In this document: positions 28,239-59,370 of the stretch, one piece after another
Layout: each line of letters opens with the position of its first letter
Numbering within the stretch: position 1 is the first letter of the stretch
Origin: Amoebidium appalachense
Taxonomy: Eukaryota; Protista; Ichthyosporea
DNA: 64,000 bases
Assembly: GCA_963693365.1 (NCBI GenBank)
Contig: CAVNZM010000013.1
Location: forward strand, 1,761,817-1,825,816
Direction of reading: 5' to 3'
Notes under the pieces: model-generated
The model's database searches: none
Told to the model about the DNA's origin: nothing
The model's input: the letters and a program-made list of their open reading frames with translations, nothing else
Program-made: the position numbers and the translations under genes

Positions 28239-29194
28239 GTTGCTAAGAGCATGAGTGCGGCAAGAGTGGTGTCATATTACATCGGATCATGGTGGTGTGA
28301 TGAGAAACTTTTCAAAAAAAGTCCTTATGATTTGATTATATCCATAAAGTCATAACAAGTCAGAAACAAGGGGGGAGGAGGGGGTAGGGGAGGGGAGAGA
28401 GGGAGACAGAGAGATAGTTGCGTAAAATGACACATGAGTTTCTGGAACACGTCTTTTTGTTTTGTAATCATTTGCTTCATGTATGCATGTATTGTATTCT
28501 TGTATTTTTGTATGTGTTTTCATTCGGCGGAGTACGGTGTATCAGTGTTCATTATATTTGGTTCCTAGTGGTTTAAGTCTTAATGTACGCAGTTATGCAC
28601 CATATGGGCAGTTTGTCTTGGCTGTACAAGCATTATTATCTTCCGGGAAGAATACTTGTGAAAAACACAATGTGCGGGAAAAGAAAGTGCAATTTTTACT
28701 GTTGGTGCCACCGGTGAATCCAAAGAGTATTAGCCGGATTATAACCGCGTAGAGGAAAACGAATACGAAAGAAATTTGCCGAAAATGGTATCAGGGTATA
28801 TAGTACACAAACGGACATATCACTGTGCTTGACGACAGTTTTTTCTTTCTTTTCTTTGGTACACAGCTATTTATCGAAATTGGCACACATGTATATTCCT
28901 ACTTTTTTCATAGTTTTTATGTTCAAAAATCTAATAAATATGTTCGAAAAAACATGAACACACCTCCTGCAAGGTCTCTTTTCACCCCATGTGGGGGTCT
29001 CGGCCCCGTCTGGTCTGCATACATTCAATAAATCGGAGGTCTCTCAATATATTTGTAACCATTTAAGGCAGTAAGTGAACCTCGGCAAACTGCTAAATAA
29101 CTTCCCGGATAACAATTTAATAAATATTGGGTACTATGAAAATGTGCAGCTATTGGTTAATAAAAATCCAACACTGAAGTTGAGTACCGTGAGA

Positions 29195-29290
<96 letters not shown>

Positions 29291-29391
29291 TGCAAGTTGG
29301 TTTCGGTGGGCAAGAGTTCGGGAGGCTTTTTCATTTCATTTCTTTCTTTCTTTCTTATTTTTTTTCTAGGATCTGCCGGGAGTGGGGGGTG

Positions 29392-29426
<35 letters not shown>

Positions 29427-29644
29427 GGGGGGAGGGGGGTTGGATTTGCAAGCTCCACCTAGGGTGTATTGAAACACCGACAATTGCCTATGTATTCTCC
29501 TTGTGTGCAAATCGTTATGTACCGTTTTCTATTGGTTCACCGTCTTCGGGTTAAAATATGGGCCTGGCCAACTGCCGAAAAATGCCAAAAAGACCAACCG
29601 TCCCTTGGTTGCAAGCACGCACGTGCACCACACACACACACACA

Positions 29645-29695
<51 letters not shown>

Positions 29696-30105
29696 TGCCT
29701 CCTCCCCCCTCCCCCCCTCCCCCCCCCCCCCCCCCCCCCCCCTTCTCTTCGTTCAATTTTCTGCCTTTCCTTCACCTACCCCCTTTGCCCCATCCTCCCC
29801 TCCCTACCTCCTCTCTCCCACTTCTCTTGCCCACTTTAGACTTCGCTTTCTCTCGCGATCGCCTCCTCCTCTACCCCTCCCTCCCTCTACCCCCCCCCCC
29901 CTCCCACCCTCCCACCCTCCCCACCACCCTCTCTCCACTCTCTTCCTAAATCTCTCTTTCTAGATCATCCCCCCCCCCCCCCCCCTCCCCCCCCTCCCCC
30001 CTTCTCTCTCACCCTCTCCCTCTCCCTCCGTATTTCCCTCGAGATCCGGGGTTTATGCGTTTTTTCTTCTTTTTTCCTTTTTTTTAATTTTTTTTTTTGT
30101 TCTGG

Positions 30106-30150
<45 letters not shown>

Positions 30151-30305
30151 TTATGGGGGATAAGAACGTGTAACAGGCAGCGTGCGACATACACACTCAT
30201 GGCCAACAATACCGTGCAGGCATCCCAAATATACAAACTCGGAGTATAGATTGGGGGGAAGAGGCCTATCATAGGGTGTGTGTGCGTGTGTGCGTGTGTG
30301 TGTGT

Positions 30306-30341
<36 letters not shown>

Positions 30342-30825
30342 TGATAGTATCAAAACTCGAGGGAATCTAGAGCGAATACGTTTATCTTTGTATAATGGTA
30401 CCTCACGGTGGCACCCGGTTCGCAGACCCGATGGCATACACAAGGCCTTATACCACACACCATGCCGTGATATGTAAATCATGATCCATTGAAATTAGAT
30501 TTAATGATGTAATGATGTAAAACAGGAACTACAACTGACACAACCTCACTTATAGACCCGGCACAAACAAACACCATTCCTTGCACTGATCACAACAGAA
30601 GGGCTAACTGCTACCACCACAATACCACCTGAGCACTTCTGTTGTTAGGCTGCCAACTTGAAAAAAAAATGCATCACCTCAATTCTCATAGAATTTCAGT
30701 TTGTTCTTTCTGCCAGTTACTAGTCCTGAGTAATACCCCATAAATCCCAATCCCCTCCTCCCCCCTCCCCCCCCCCTCCTCCCCCCCTCGCAGTACTGTT
30801 GTCTGATGTAATACACATCCGAATC

Positions 30826-30880
<55 letters not shown>

Positions 30881-31067
30881 ATGTCCCTCCTCCACCATCC
30901 ACCCACACACCCACCCATGTCTTCAAAGTGCTTCCTGTGTTTGGTAGTGTGTGTGTTTGTATGTGTCGTAAATTGTGTGCATGTCTATGAGCGTGTGTAC
31001 CTAGGAGTATGCGTACAACAAGTGTATGGCTGTGTGACCGTGTGCATGCGACGGTGTGTGTGTGCGT

Positions 31068-31108
<41 letters not shown>

Positions 31109-32363
31109 TGTGTGCGTGTGCACACGTGTGTGTGTGTGTGCGTGTATTCGTGTGCATGTGTGCATATACGTGTGAATCTCCCTATGTCCCTATGTACCAC
31201 CAACAGAACTAATATTAGCAACTCGAACACCACATCTATTTATGGTAGCCACGAACAACACCCAAACAATCTAAGTACCAAAACATAACTACCTATTGTT
31301 GTGTTTCAGTATGAGGGCCGGTTATTAATGTGTTTGCAATGTGGAGGCCGGAACTCAAGATGTACAACCGTCCATCACTCACCCAGATTCCTTTGAGTAT
31401 AACAAAAGTAGAAGCCCCCCCCCCCCCCCCCCCTCCCCCCCCCCTCCCCTCCGCCCCCCTTCCCGCTAGTTGTCCCTTTAAGGCCATAACCACAAACACT
31501 CACCATGAGATTGCACCCACCAACACTCTCACCAACCTCCTACAATAATAAAAAAAAACCATCGGAAAAATCCCCTAACCGCATCAAAACACCATTGCAG
31601 GCCCCCCCCGACAAATGTCGATATGGCCTCCAAGATATCTCTCCGGGGCGCGGCCGGCCGATGTTCACCCCATGTTCGTCTGCCTGCACACTGCACCCGT
31701 GTCCATCCGCCTGTACACCGCGACCCTGTTCGTCCCTCTGCACACACACCCAAATATTGTAAGAAACAATCAAACAAGGCTGACGATAACTATGAATAAG
31801 GCTTGAATTGGGCCTCATCTAGAACAGACACGGAGGAAAAGAAGAAGAACGGGTAGGGCGGATGCGGGAGGGAGGGGGGTGGGTGGGTGGGGAGGTGGGG
31901 GGGAGGGGTTGCTATAATGGGTCATAATGGATGAAGAGAATCAATCATGACGGACAACACAAGGCATTTGCAAAGCACACACACAGGAGTATATGCATCA
32001 TAAGTAGTGCCCATGCTCAGGGGGGGTACAAGTCCTGCGGGGGAAGGTGTGTGTGTGTGTGTGTGGTGTGTTGGTAGTGTAGGTGAGGTGTGAGGCCCTG
32101 AGGGGGAGAAAGGGGGTGGGAGGGGTGGGGGGAAGGGCAAGCAAGAACGATGTGTTACCCTGACTACAATTGCAAGGGGAGTTTTGTGGCCCTAGAAGGA
32201 CCCTGGGGGGGAGGGGGGAGAGGGGGGGAGGAAGTGCTTGAGTTTTTTTCTTGTTGTGTCTGTGGTTTGGAAAGCGCATATGTGCACGTGCGCCCATGTT
32301 TTTCGGGTTGTGGATATGAAGATGCAGGTGTAGGTGTTGCATGAGAGTCCTTTTTTTTTTTTT

Positions 32364-32411
<48 letters not shown>

Positions 32412-32917
32412 ATAAGAGGACGGGTCATTCACAACGAGACGTTAGCAGGTGTATGGTGTGCAAGGACAAAAGCATACGTGAATATAATTAGTAATGAAAA
32501 AGTGATTATTGAGGTTTGTGTTGTGTATGTGTCTGCGGGAGGGGGTGGAGTGGGGGGGAGGGGGAAAAAGAGAAGAGAACTGAATGAAAGGAAAGCAGGA
32601 AGATGGAGGGAGTGAGCTCTGGAGAGCGACAATCGGAGGGGGAGAGGGGGGGGGGGGGGGGGGGATGGAGGAGGGAGGGAGGGAGGGAGGGAAGGATGGA
32701 GGGAAAGAAATGCATATGTTGGCCCCTTGCTAGGGTCACTCCTTTCTCCCCTTCACTCTCTCTCTCTCTCTCCCGGGTGCCTCCATCCCTCTTCCTCATC
32801 AGCTTTTCTCTCTACATGTGTGTCCCACAAGCCCTTTTCCTCTCTCATTTTTCTGCTCACAAGCAAGTGCAACAATATATGGCTTTAAGTACAACATTAT
32901 TTTGACTCTCTATGTGT

Positions 32918-33053
<136 letters not shown>

Positions 33054-33073
33054 ATGTGTGTGCATGTGTGTGT

Positions 33074-33108
<35 letters not shown>

Positions 33109-33113
33109 TTGTT

Positions 33114-34037
33114 ACCATTTTGAGTGCTGCAATGAGAAGACTGACATTTTCGTAATAGCGGTTCTCCACCTGACCAGGTCTAAGGCAACAGCACGACACT
33201 AGAGGCAGAAGATCGATTTGGGGATTATTATCGATGGTGATTTCTGAGAGGGAGGGGTGCCCGGCCAGGCAGTGAACGCTTGTGACACGGTGTGTGTTGT
33301 GAAGATCCAAACTAGTCAAGTTGGTGCAGCGGGAGAGTGCGGAAATATCGCTCAGGGCCGGGCAATTGCGCACACTTACACTTACCAACGCCGCGTTTCC
33401 GCCCAACGCAAACTCTGAACCTAGTGATTGGAGTTGCGGTAGACTTCTGAGCTCGACCGATTCTAACTGTGGGTGTGCTGTAACGTCCATGTTTAGGAGA
33501 CATGGGTCTAGCTCAGATACTCGCAAATTTTCAAGTGCCGTGAGGTGCGTCAAAACACCGCCTAGCCGGGCCCAACCACTGGTGTCGTGGCAACCTACAT
33601 CAAGCGAGGTTAGGGCTGCCCCGCTATTTTCCAGACCCCCCAGCGTGTCTAGATTCTGGGGGGTCATGATGTCTAACTCTTTCAGTGTTGTGCATTGAAG
33701 ATTCGCAATTGGAAAATCCAAATTCTCAAAAACATTAACGTCTAGTTTACACAGTGCGGTGCACACAGACAGGTTGGAAATGTCCGCACTGTTTGCACTA
33801 ACGGGGGTGGGAGGCATATCCGGTCAAAGCCCGAAAACATCAAATTCTCGAGGTGCGGGCAGCTATCTATCCCTGACAGATCGAACGTGAGGTCCGGACC
33901 GTCCAGCTCCAACGCCCGCAGGTTACGCCCGAGGCTGGCACTCAACAAATCGATAGAAGTGATTGTGCCTCGCCGTCACCGTAGCACGTAGCGACGAAAG
34001 TCACCAACCCGTGTGCCGTTTCCAACAAATGGTTCAA
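33114..34037 (-). pseudogene. Leucine-rich repeat gene with two frameshifts (~33968, ~33820); 5' end abuts a (GA)n tract
   Basis: LxxLxL repeats run across three frames ([14 protein letters not shown] / ITSIDLLSASLGRNLRALEL...CPHLENL / ISNLSVCTALCKLDV...LSRCTNLTSLDL). Possible donor ATG|gtaaca. No acceptor AG at the 5' edge. Confidence 0.7.
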
Positions 34038-34045
34038 GGGGGGTG

Positions 34046-34152
<107 letters not shown>

Positions 34153-34746
34153 AGAGCTGAGAGTCTCAGAGAAAGCTTAATTAAAGAGAGAGAAAGACCG
34201 AGAGAGAGAGAGAGGGGAGGGGGGGGGGGGGGGGGGGGGGGAGGGGCTGGTTCGTGTTCATCCATGCATCCACATACTGCTGTTTCATGCACATATATGC
34301 CACATGTAAATTTAGGCTCGAGAACTGTGCACGTTAATGTTGAGTATGGGTTTTATAGGTAATTAAGCCTCATTTCCCGGAAACTTATTATTTACAAGGT
34401 GCATGCGCACGGGCACTTTCCCCCCGATTTGTCATGCCGTTGGTCATTATTCATTTTTAAACAGGAAACGGAGACAGAATTTTCAAACCACGTTATTAAC
34501 CCTGCCACGTGCACGCTATACATACTGTATTCGGATATAGCAAGATTCAAAAAAATTAGCCAGGTGTTGGACAAACATTTTCAAAAAAGAGAGTCAATAA
34601 TAACCCTTGACGAATGGTTTGTCTTCGAAACAAACCTCCCAAAAGCGATAACATTACATTACTACATTATCGAACGACTCAAGTTACATTTAATAGTGTA
34701 ATCATCATGTGCGTGTTTGAAATTTTCTATTTTTCGCTCTTTCGCC

Positions 34747-34796
<50 letters not shown>

Positions 34797-35044
34797 GCCT
34801 TGTTCAGCGCAATCACCTCTTTCCCAAGTAAACAAAACGATGCATGACATTCACAAACGGAGACCAAAAACAGGAACACAAGAAAAAACTGAGACTGGCC
34901 TATCAAACAACTGTTTTAAACAATAACCAATAAATAGTTTAAACAATTTAATTAAGCATACAATAAACAATTTAATTAAACAAATGACGAAGCTTCATAA
35001 ACGTGACCTACCGTATCTCTTCAAACTTTTTTCATTCGTATTAT

Positions 35045-50661
<15,617 letters not shown>

Positions 50662-50820
50662 CTGAAAAAAAAGAAGAAGAAGAAGAAGAAGAAGAAGAAG
50701 AAGAAGGAAAGAAAAGAAAAGAAAAAAACATGGTTGGGGTGGGGGGAAGGGGAGGGGTGAGGAGGGGGTGTAAGTTCAGGTAACGCGCATCTGTATGTAT
50801 CGACATGCGCGGGTGTGCGC

Positions 50821-50947
<127 letters not shown>

Positions 50948-51124
50948 GTTGTTTTTTATTTTTCTTTTTTTTGGGGGGGAGGGGGGGAGGGGGGAGGGGG
51001 CACGTAACGAACCGGTACGGGTTCACATCACGTGCCTGTTCGTTAGGTATTGAAAAATACGTGCAAGCTGAAACGAACGTCAATGTCTATGTGTTTGTTT
51101 GCGTGTGTAACAGACATGTGTCGT

Positions 51125-51181
<57 letters not shown>

Positions 51182-51448
51182 CGTGTCCGTGTGCGTGTGT
51201 GTTTGTACGTTACGTTCATGCCTTATGTCTGCTTGCATGTGATGTGTGGGGAAAGAACAGGTTGAAGCTGGGGCTAATGTGTGCTTTTGATTTTCTTTTT
51301 TCCTTTTTTTTTTCGCCGTGCTTCTAGGAATGAAGGAATGAAACCAAAACATTTTCTTGATCGAGGATTATTTATTCGTGTCTGGGTGTTTGTCTGTTCG
51401 ACTTTCTTGACGATTTGTGTCGGTGTTTGTGGGTGGGTGGGTGGGTGT

Positions 51449-51482
<34 letters not shown>

Positions 51483-51720
51483 ATGTGTGTCTGTATGTGT
51501 GTTTGTGTGTGTGTGTGCTTGTGCCTGTGAACGTGAGTGTGTGTGCACGCTCTTGGGGGCGCATGCGTGTGGAAGGGGAGGGGGGGGCACAAGAAACTAT
51601 TGTGTGATGTTGTTTGTGTGTTTATTATTTTGCTGCCAGTTATCTGCCTGGACATATGCATGAACCTGAAAAATTTGCCAAGTGCGCAACCCACTTTGGT
51701 GCCTGAGCGAACGAACACAC

Positions 51721-52295
51721 ATGTTTGCACAAAATCGATGGTCTGGCGCATCCCCATGTACTACCACAGTAACCTTTTGATAAGGATGTAGGTGCAGATG
51801 TACCCTTAGTAGGAAGAGAAACAAAAAAGCTAATGCAACAACAGAGAAATGAGTATCAAGATTCATGGCTCGGTTGTTCAAAGCTAGACCTGCATACAAG
51901 CACCAGATGCACCTGCCCCGCAGTATACTAATAAACCAGCAGCAAAGCAGCACCTCAAGAGAGTGCCGCACACCAGAGAAAAATAACATGCTCCCCCCCT
52001 CTCCCTCCCTCCCCCCCCCCCACCCCACACACACACACACAGAATCACCACCCACTGCCTCTCAAAAAAAAAGATAGAAAAAACAACCAACATAAGAACA
52101 CAAATACTCTTGTCAAGCAGCATGCAACCTCTGAAACTAGCCTTCATACTCCTGATGGAAAGGGAAAGGGAGTGAAAAATCTAGGAGTGGCCGAAGACAG
52201 AAATCGGGTGGCTACGGTGGAGTAGTCGTGTGTGCGCCTTCAATGACTTGGCCACGCTTTTATAGGTGAAAGATGTGGGGGAGAAGGAAGGGGAA

Positions 52296-52326
<31 letters not shown>

Positions 52327-52767
52327 GGGGGGGGGGGGGGGGTGAGAGAGAGACCAGAGGGAAAACTGAGGGACAGGAGATTGGTTTACAGGTTAATAGA
52401 GGCAAACAAGATGAAAAAAAAATGAAAAAAAGGAACAGCCAAAGAATATAGAGGGATGGATTAGTTCTAAAGATGAGACTTGTCAAGCAGAGTAGGGTAC
52501 GCTGAACATGTGGCAAGGTGCAAATTACACACAAGCAGCCATGCTTCTAACAGGTGAGAGAGAAATGAATGAAAGACGGCGAAAGAAAGGGGGCGGGGGG
52601 GGGGGGGGGGGGGGGGGGAAGAAGAGGGGTGAGGGGGGAGGGGGGAGGGGGGGGGGGGGGGGGAGGGGGGCGAGGGAGGGCAGGGAAGGGGAGGGAGGGA
52701 GGAAATGCATCGTCTTGTTCCTGCTTGTACCTACCGGCTTTCTGCGACGTGTACCTGCCCCCTCCAT
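51721..52767 (-). CDS. Tentative 5' exons of the JARID2-like gene (MEGAGTRRRKP|KHGCLCVICTLPHV...)
   Basis: accATGG at 52767, donor CCG|gtaggt, and an acceptor at ~52548 giving a Cys-rich HxCxCxxC motif. Downstream joins could not be resolved. Confidence 0.35.
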
Positions 52768-53399
52768 GGTTTAGGTCCAAAAGAACAGTTGCTTGAATCT
52801 ATATTTAGATTCTGTCTCTAATAGAACCCGCTCATGTTTGCCCCAGCATCATACCGATGATTGTCCCTGACCTGACCAGGTCTCGCAAATCGGAATAGCG
52901 AAAGAAATCCTGTCTTACATCGTCTGCCACGACTTCATTGTTTGAGCCAGGTGGAAACCTATTGTTCACTTATCATTCACACTTAAAAATACTTCAGCAC
53001 GATAATTACAGTCGTCTCAATAGATAACAGCCTAAAAACCAGAAGATTCCAGCTGCAGCCATGTCACTCTTGTTCGCTTGCTAGAAGGCCTGCTGTTGAG
53101 AACTTGAAGCCTTTAGCGGGGAGGACGTGAAGGAATTTGAAACAATTTCGAGCCCTGGCCTTGAAGGCTGAAGCTCGGTTCCTCTACCAGGGGTCTCCTT
53201 AAGGTCTATTAGTACTAGTAGTTGATAAATTTGTATAGAGCTTACTGGTGAATCTATTTGTTTTTCGTCGTTTCACAGAGTATCTGTACAATATTGGCGG
53301 TTTTCACTTCACTAATATTAGCCCCTGCTGGCACCCTAGTGTGTGGGCCGTGTGTGTGTGGCACCGCATGGATATGTATGCCTGTTTTGTTTTGTTGTG

Positions 53400-53860
53400 A
53401 ATACTGCTGATTGGTGCATCTTTACACTAAAACATGATTGGTGCGCTCGGGAAACCGCAAGTTGCCACCGACGGCCCACCGTGCCAAAGGCACTGGCCAT
53501 ATGGCAAGGCTAAGATTGAGCACCGCTGCGCTTGCATCGCAAGTACGTAACTCACTAGTCAAGAAGTAGGGAGGGGAAAAAAAGCAAACATATAATTTAT
53601 GACTCTAACTTTCGAAGATCGTAAGATATTCAGTAAGCATTGCTATACATATAGCGATATCGACCTGTACACTCAAACTTTTACAAAATTGTGACATCCA
53701 CCTGGGGTCGAGCGACTCGAGGCATTCCACACGATCTCGACCAGTGCACGCGATGATCAAGAGCCAATCATAATGAAGGACCAATTGTAAGTGGCTACAC
53801 AAATCTTTGTTCTGATTGGCGGATCTTTCAATCAGGTGTTTCCACTTAATATATAAAGCG
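53400..53860 (+). promoter_or_regulatory. CCAAT-box cluster plus TATA box (TATATAAA 53850-53857) upstream of the 5'-nucleotidase, between divergent genes
   Basis: About 5 CCAAT/ATTGG motifs, and a TATA box ~165 nt before ATG 54017. Confidence 0.6.
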
Positions 53861-54016
53861 GTGCTTCAAAGTCTCGAGTCGACCCCACCATTCGCGCCTT
53901 TTACGGGTTGCGGCACCGAAAAAGGGTTGCGCTTTGCGCTTTTGCCACACACACGCGCGCACGCAAATTAATATTTCTTACTTGGCTTAGAAAAAAAACA
54001 AAAATACACCTAGAAA

Positions 54017-54365
54017 ATGAAGCAAAAAATCGCCATGATTGGCGCACTTGCCGGCGCCTCCGCCGTGCACGGCGCTGTGCGTCTTCAAATCCTTCACGGG
54101 TCGGACTTTGAGGGGGGCCACCCGCAGGCACCCAACTTTGCAGCCATCGTCCAGAAACTGCAAGACGACGACACGGTCAAGCTGTCGGGCGGTGACAACT
54201 GGCTTCAGGGGGTAAGTTTATGGGTGTTTATTTTTGAAACTGTGCAGTGATAATATCATGATATAGCAGAGGCGGGAAAACGCGGTACGAATTTGAAAGT
54301 GCACATACACCATTATCATGCAGGTGTTGTTTCCAAATTTGCAGACCCAGAAGGAGTAGCACTAA

Positions 54366-54396
<31 letters not shown>

Positions 54397-56052
54397 ACCA
54401 GCCTCAACTTTATATTGCAACCTAACTCATAGATAGCACCTTAACTAGTGTACTGTCGGTGCTGTGTGGTAGACGGTAATTTCCCTAGAGGGCCCGGCCC
54501 GCAAAGGCTCTCCTGGAACAAACGTGATAAAAAAAAAAAAAAAAAAAAAAAAAAGATTGCACCCTGCCTTATTCCCACCGTATATAACCTCCTTTTAAGA
54601 TTCCCATAAGATTCGAACCGTTGCCTGCAGCAACTGTTACATTAATGTACAACCCAAAAAATTATAACAATGTGGTGTACACCGCCAAAACGCACAAAAA
54701 AAAAAAACCTCCCGAGTAATCAACCCAAAATGGCAGAGCGATAGCGTGTAACAACTATTCCACAACAGCATCTATTTTAAGCACGTGCACTATGTAATTA
54801 CGTCTATACGTCTCTTCACCTCTCCCAGCCTTTCTACTCCGCCGCAGACGACAAAGAATGCAAGGGAGCCCTCCGCGAGTTCCTCGGCTGGAAGGACGCC
54901 GCCGAAGGCCCCGGCCGCGCCGACATTGCCTACTTCAACCTGATGGAAATGGACGCCAGCGCACTCGGAAACCACGAATTCGACGCTGGAACAGTCGTCG
55001 TGCGTGGTCTAATCGGCAACGAAATCAAGACTACAAACGGGACGAAATCAGGGACGTGGTACGGAACACAGTTTCCTTACCTTTCCGCGTCTCTCAACTT
55101 TACAAAGAACGCTGATTTGTACCCTGTGTACACGGACAAGTTTATGAGCACCAGCGAGTACAAGGTCAACGCTTCGAACCCTGACTTTGATGCCCTGGCA
55201 AAGCAGCCCAAGATCGCACCTTATGCAAAGTGGGTGTTCCTTTCCCCCCCCCCCCCCCCCCCCTCCCCCCCCCCCCCCCATCCCCCTTCCCCCTTCTGAC
55301 TAAACCCCCCCCCTCCCCTTTCGAACTACTCTCCCTCCTTTACTTCTCTCTCCGAAAAGAAAAGCCAGAGAGCAGACAGAGCAAAACAGAAATATAAGAA
55401 GTTGACAACAACAAGAGGTTTAATGTGTTGTAAGAACAATTCTGCATCCTATCTATACGTGGCAGTGTCGTTTCTGATGATTCTGAGCAACGCCTAGGAG
55501 TTGATTTGCCTTTTGCAAGATTGACTACCAGCATCATCCTCTCCCCATCTACCACACCCTTTTCCATGACACAGTTTTAAATACACTTATCTATACTTCC
55601 ATATGATGCTCGTCTACAGTGTTCTAATTCCGAACTCTAAAACCCACTCCCCCCCCCACCCCCCTAATCCCCCCCCCTCCCCCCCGCCATCCCCCGTGCG
55701 CTTTCCATGCACCCATGCACTCATCCACCCATCCCCCCTTTCTCTCTCACTCTCTCTCTCTCTCTCGCTCACACCCCCCCCCCCCCCTCCCCCCTCCCCC
55801 CTCCCCCTCTCCCCCCCCCCAAAAAAATTAAAATTAAAATTAAAATTAAAATTAAAAATTAAAAATAATAAAAAACAGGTTCACGACCAAGAACGGTAAC
55901 GACTTCTGCCTGATTGGTGCCACCACACCCATTGTGGAGACTATCACCGTCACAAACGGCATCGAAGTGTTTGAGCCCGCAAGGAAGAACGAGGACATGA
56001 AAAACTATGCAAAGGTAAATTTGCTACCACCCCCCCCCCCCCCCACACACAC

Positions 56053-56088
<36 letters not shown>

Positions 56089-56229
56089 GCTTGCTCCCAA
56101 CCTCTTTCTTCCTCCTCTCTCGTCGGACTGTATCCCCCCCTTCCCCCGCCCCCCCTTCCACCCCCCCCCCCCCCCCACACACACACACACATACCTACCC
56201 CCCCCCCCCCCCTCGACCAACACACACAG

Positions 56230-56266
<37 letters not shown>

Positions 56267-58546
56267 ACTTACCTTCACATGCACACATACACGTGCCTAG
56301 CACACACACACAACATCCCTCCCACCCTCACCGCACGTGTCATCCATATTACACCGTATTTACTACCGTTACTTTCTCCTCCACCCTCCCCACCAGAATT
56401 GGTCTCGTTCCTTCTCCTCCCTTCATCTCTCCCTTCTCCCCCCCCCCCCCCCCCCCCCGACCCCCCTCCCCCCCCCCCTTCCACCGACCCCCCTCGCCCC
56501 CCCCCCCCCCCCCCTCCCCCCGCACTGGGACCCGTTCCCCTTTCCGCTTCTTCCTTGCACTTTAGCCTTACTAGGTAGCAATTCCATTAAAACTCTGAGG
56601 TTGTAAGCCCGTTTGCTCTTACGTCTGCTTTTGGTGGTTGTCCCTGCATGGATGCTAAAATAATTATAAAGAAAGAAAAGGAGCTTTGAAAAAAAGAAAA
56701 AAAATTAAAAGAGAGAGGCGTTGAAATGCCAATGAGAGTCCATTCTAAAGACCTACCATGTTTTTGTGCAATTTCAGGTGCTGCAGCCGCAGATCGACCG
56801 CCTGGTCTCCGATCACAACTGCACCCGCATCATCCTCATCGACCACATCCAGCAGCTGCACCTGGACATGGAGCTGCTGCCTCTGCTCAAGTACGTGCTA
56901 TACTGCCAAAATTAAAACCTTTTAAAATATTTTAAATCTCATAAGTTTGGCGAAGGCAGTGGGGTGTATGCGGGGGGGCAGGGAGAGGGGAAGGGGGGGG
57001 GGAGGAGGGGAAGAGGGGGGCAAGGGGAATGGTGGGTTGGGGGAGAGGGCAGGGAGGAGGGAAGTCCCCTGAAATTAAATCCCGGCTTTCTCTTTTCTTT
57101 TGCTTTTTTTTTTTTTACGTTTTCAAGTGTGATTGTGGTTACCTGCTGCCCGTGCTTCTGAGCATGTTCTTTCGCTGGCTGTTTTTCGTAAGTTGCTTCA
57201 TTATACAGAATGGTGGTGGTGGTTTTTTTTTTCTTTTTGTGTGTGTGTGTGTGTTTGGGGGAGGATGGGGGCCGGGGGGGGGGGGGGGGAGGGGGGGGGA
57301 GGGGGGGGAAGGGGGGAAGGCGGGGCATAGGTGAGGCTTGAAAGAGGGGGGAGGGGGGGAGGGGGAGGGGGGAGGGGGGGGGGAGGGGGCTGGGAATTTG
57401 AGCAGTGGAGTTGAGAGGGGCCTAATACTCTGATGACGAAAGAAAGAATTTGTTGTAACTCTTGGCATTTTATTCACCCTCAGGAATGTTGACATTGTGA
57501 TTTCTGCCGGCCACGATTCGATCCTTGTGGACGAGGAGGATCAGGCCCGCCAGGCTCTGTGGCCCGGTGACGAGGGCAACGTTAAGGGCACTTACCCCAT
57601 ATGGTCAAAGAATGCTGATGGTGATGACGCTGTGATTCTGAGCACAGATGCCAAGTTCAGGTGTGTGTGTGTGTGTGTGTGTTTGGGGAGGGGGGGGGGG
57701 CACGGGGAGGGGGAGCGGAGGAAGGGGGAGGGGGGGGGGGAGGGGGAGGGAGGGGGGGGAGGGGGGGGGGGGGGATGTATGTGTGTGTATGCGTGTGTGT
57801 GCTTATGTGCTTTGGTCATTGAGCGGCTTGGGGATCATGTAAAGTTGATGTTGAGCATGTGTTGGGATGTGTGTGACGTGTGTTTGTGTGGGTATGTGTG
57901 TGTGTGTGGGTATGTGGGAGGGAGGGTGGGTGGGTGGGTGGATGTGTGGGTGGGTGAGTGGGTAGAGGTGTGTGTGGGTGAGTTATTGGTGCGTGAGTGA
58001 GTGGGTGGGTGGTTGCATATTTACAGGTGTGCGTGTGCGGGCGCGTGTGTGTATGCTGCTATTTGTCTTGCGTAGTTGAGCAGGGGATAGAATAGATACG
58101 TACTAAGACCAAGAGCTTTGAACAAAACCGCCCCAATTATCATTTTTTTACTAAATCTAAAATCACCCCGCGAACAGGTATGTGGGCCGTCTCGCCGTCG
58201 AATTCGACGACGCAGGAAAACTGATCAAATCCTCCGTCGACCCAAAAGTTTCGGGTGCCTATTCGACCAACGACAAGGGTCTTGCTCACGTGTACGGGAC
58301 AGAGGAAGCCGTTTTAAACCAGGCGTTTGCAAACGGTACTTACGGACACTTGGTTAAGGGCGTATATGACGCGGTAAACAAGGTGATCGTCAAATTGGAC
58401 GGCATGATTTTCGGCCACTCAGAAGTGTTCATGAATGGTATCCGTGCTACTGTGCGTACGGAGGAGACCAACTTGGCGAACATTGTGTGTGATAGCGCCC
58501 TCTGGTTCTCCAAGCAGGTATACAACATCCCAACCCATTCCCCGTT

Positions 58547-58580
<34 letters not shown>

Positions 58581-58774
58581 CCCCTCCTCTCCTCCCCCAG
58601 CCCCAGCCCGTTCCCAATACAGAGGGGCACACACATCCATATACCGGTACACACAGGCACATGCACACACAGACATACACATGCACAGATGCAAGACGCC
58701 CCTAGTACCCACACATTTAACACATGCCTCTTTCTCACTCTTGCCATTCGCCTACACCAGCTCCGGGACCCTTT

Positions 58775-58843
<69 letters not shown>

Positions 58844-59315
58844 TCCCCTCCCCCTTCCCCCCCCTTCCCCCCTCCCTCCCCCCCTCCAACCAGCCACCTC
58901 CTCCCTCCCTTCCCCTTTTCGCCCTCTAGGCTTGCAATCATTCTTGTTAGCTCCGTTGTTCACTCTTTCCGAACACCCCTTCCTTCTTTATATAACTTCA
59001 CTGCCGATTCTTTCGTCACCTCCTTTCCATCAGAATGCTGTAGTTCCCGCTTCTTCTCTCGCTTCTCCCCCCCTCCCCCCTCCCCCCCCCCCCCCCCCCC
59101 CCGCTCTATCCCCTCCCCCCCCCCCCCCCCCCCCCCCACCCACCCCATCCCCTCGAGGTTGGGTTCTGCTTCTAATACATACTACACCTGTGCGTGTGTG
59201 ATTGTCCCCGGAGTCTGCATTGCCTTGTAGGTTGTAGCAATTCACTTCGTACTCTTTAAAACCACTCTAACCCCCCCCCCCCCCCCCCTCCCCCTCCCTC
59301 CTTCCCCCCCATTCC

Positions 59316-59370
<55 letters not shown>

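Noticed and set aside
29075-29190. YYENVQLL resembling YYENVSLL at the end of the LRR gene
   Set aside because: Short, on the opposite strand, and without extended similarity, so probably chance.
54600-54630. B-box-like GGTTCGAATC on the minus strand (tRNA or SINE)
   Set aside because: No cloverleaf and no properly spaced A-box.
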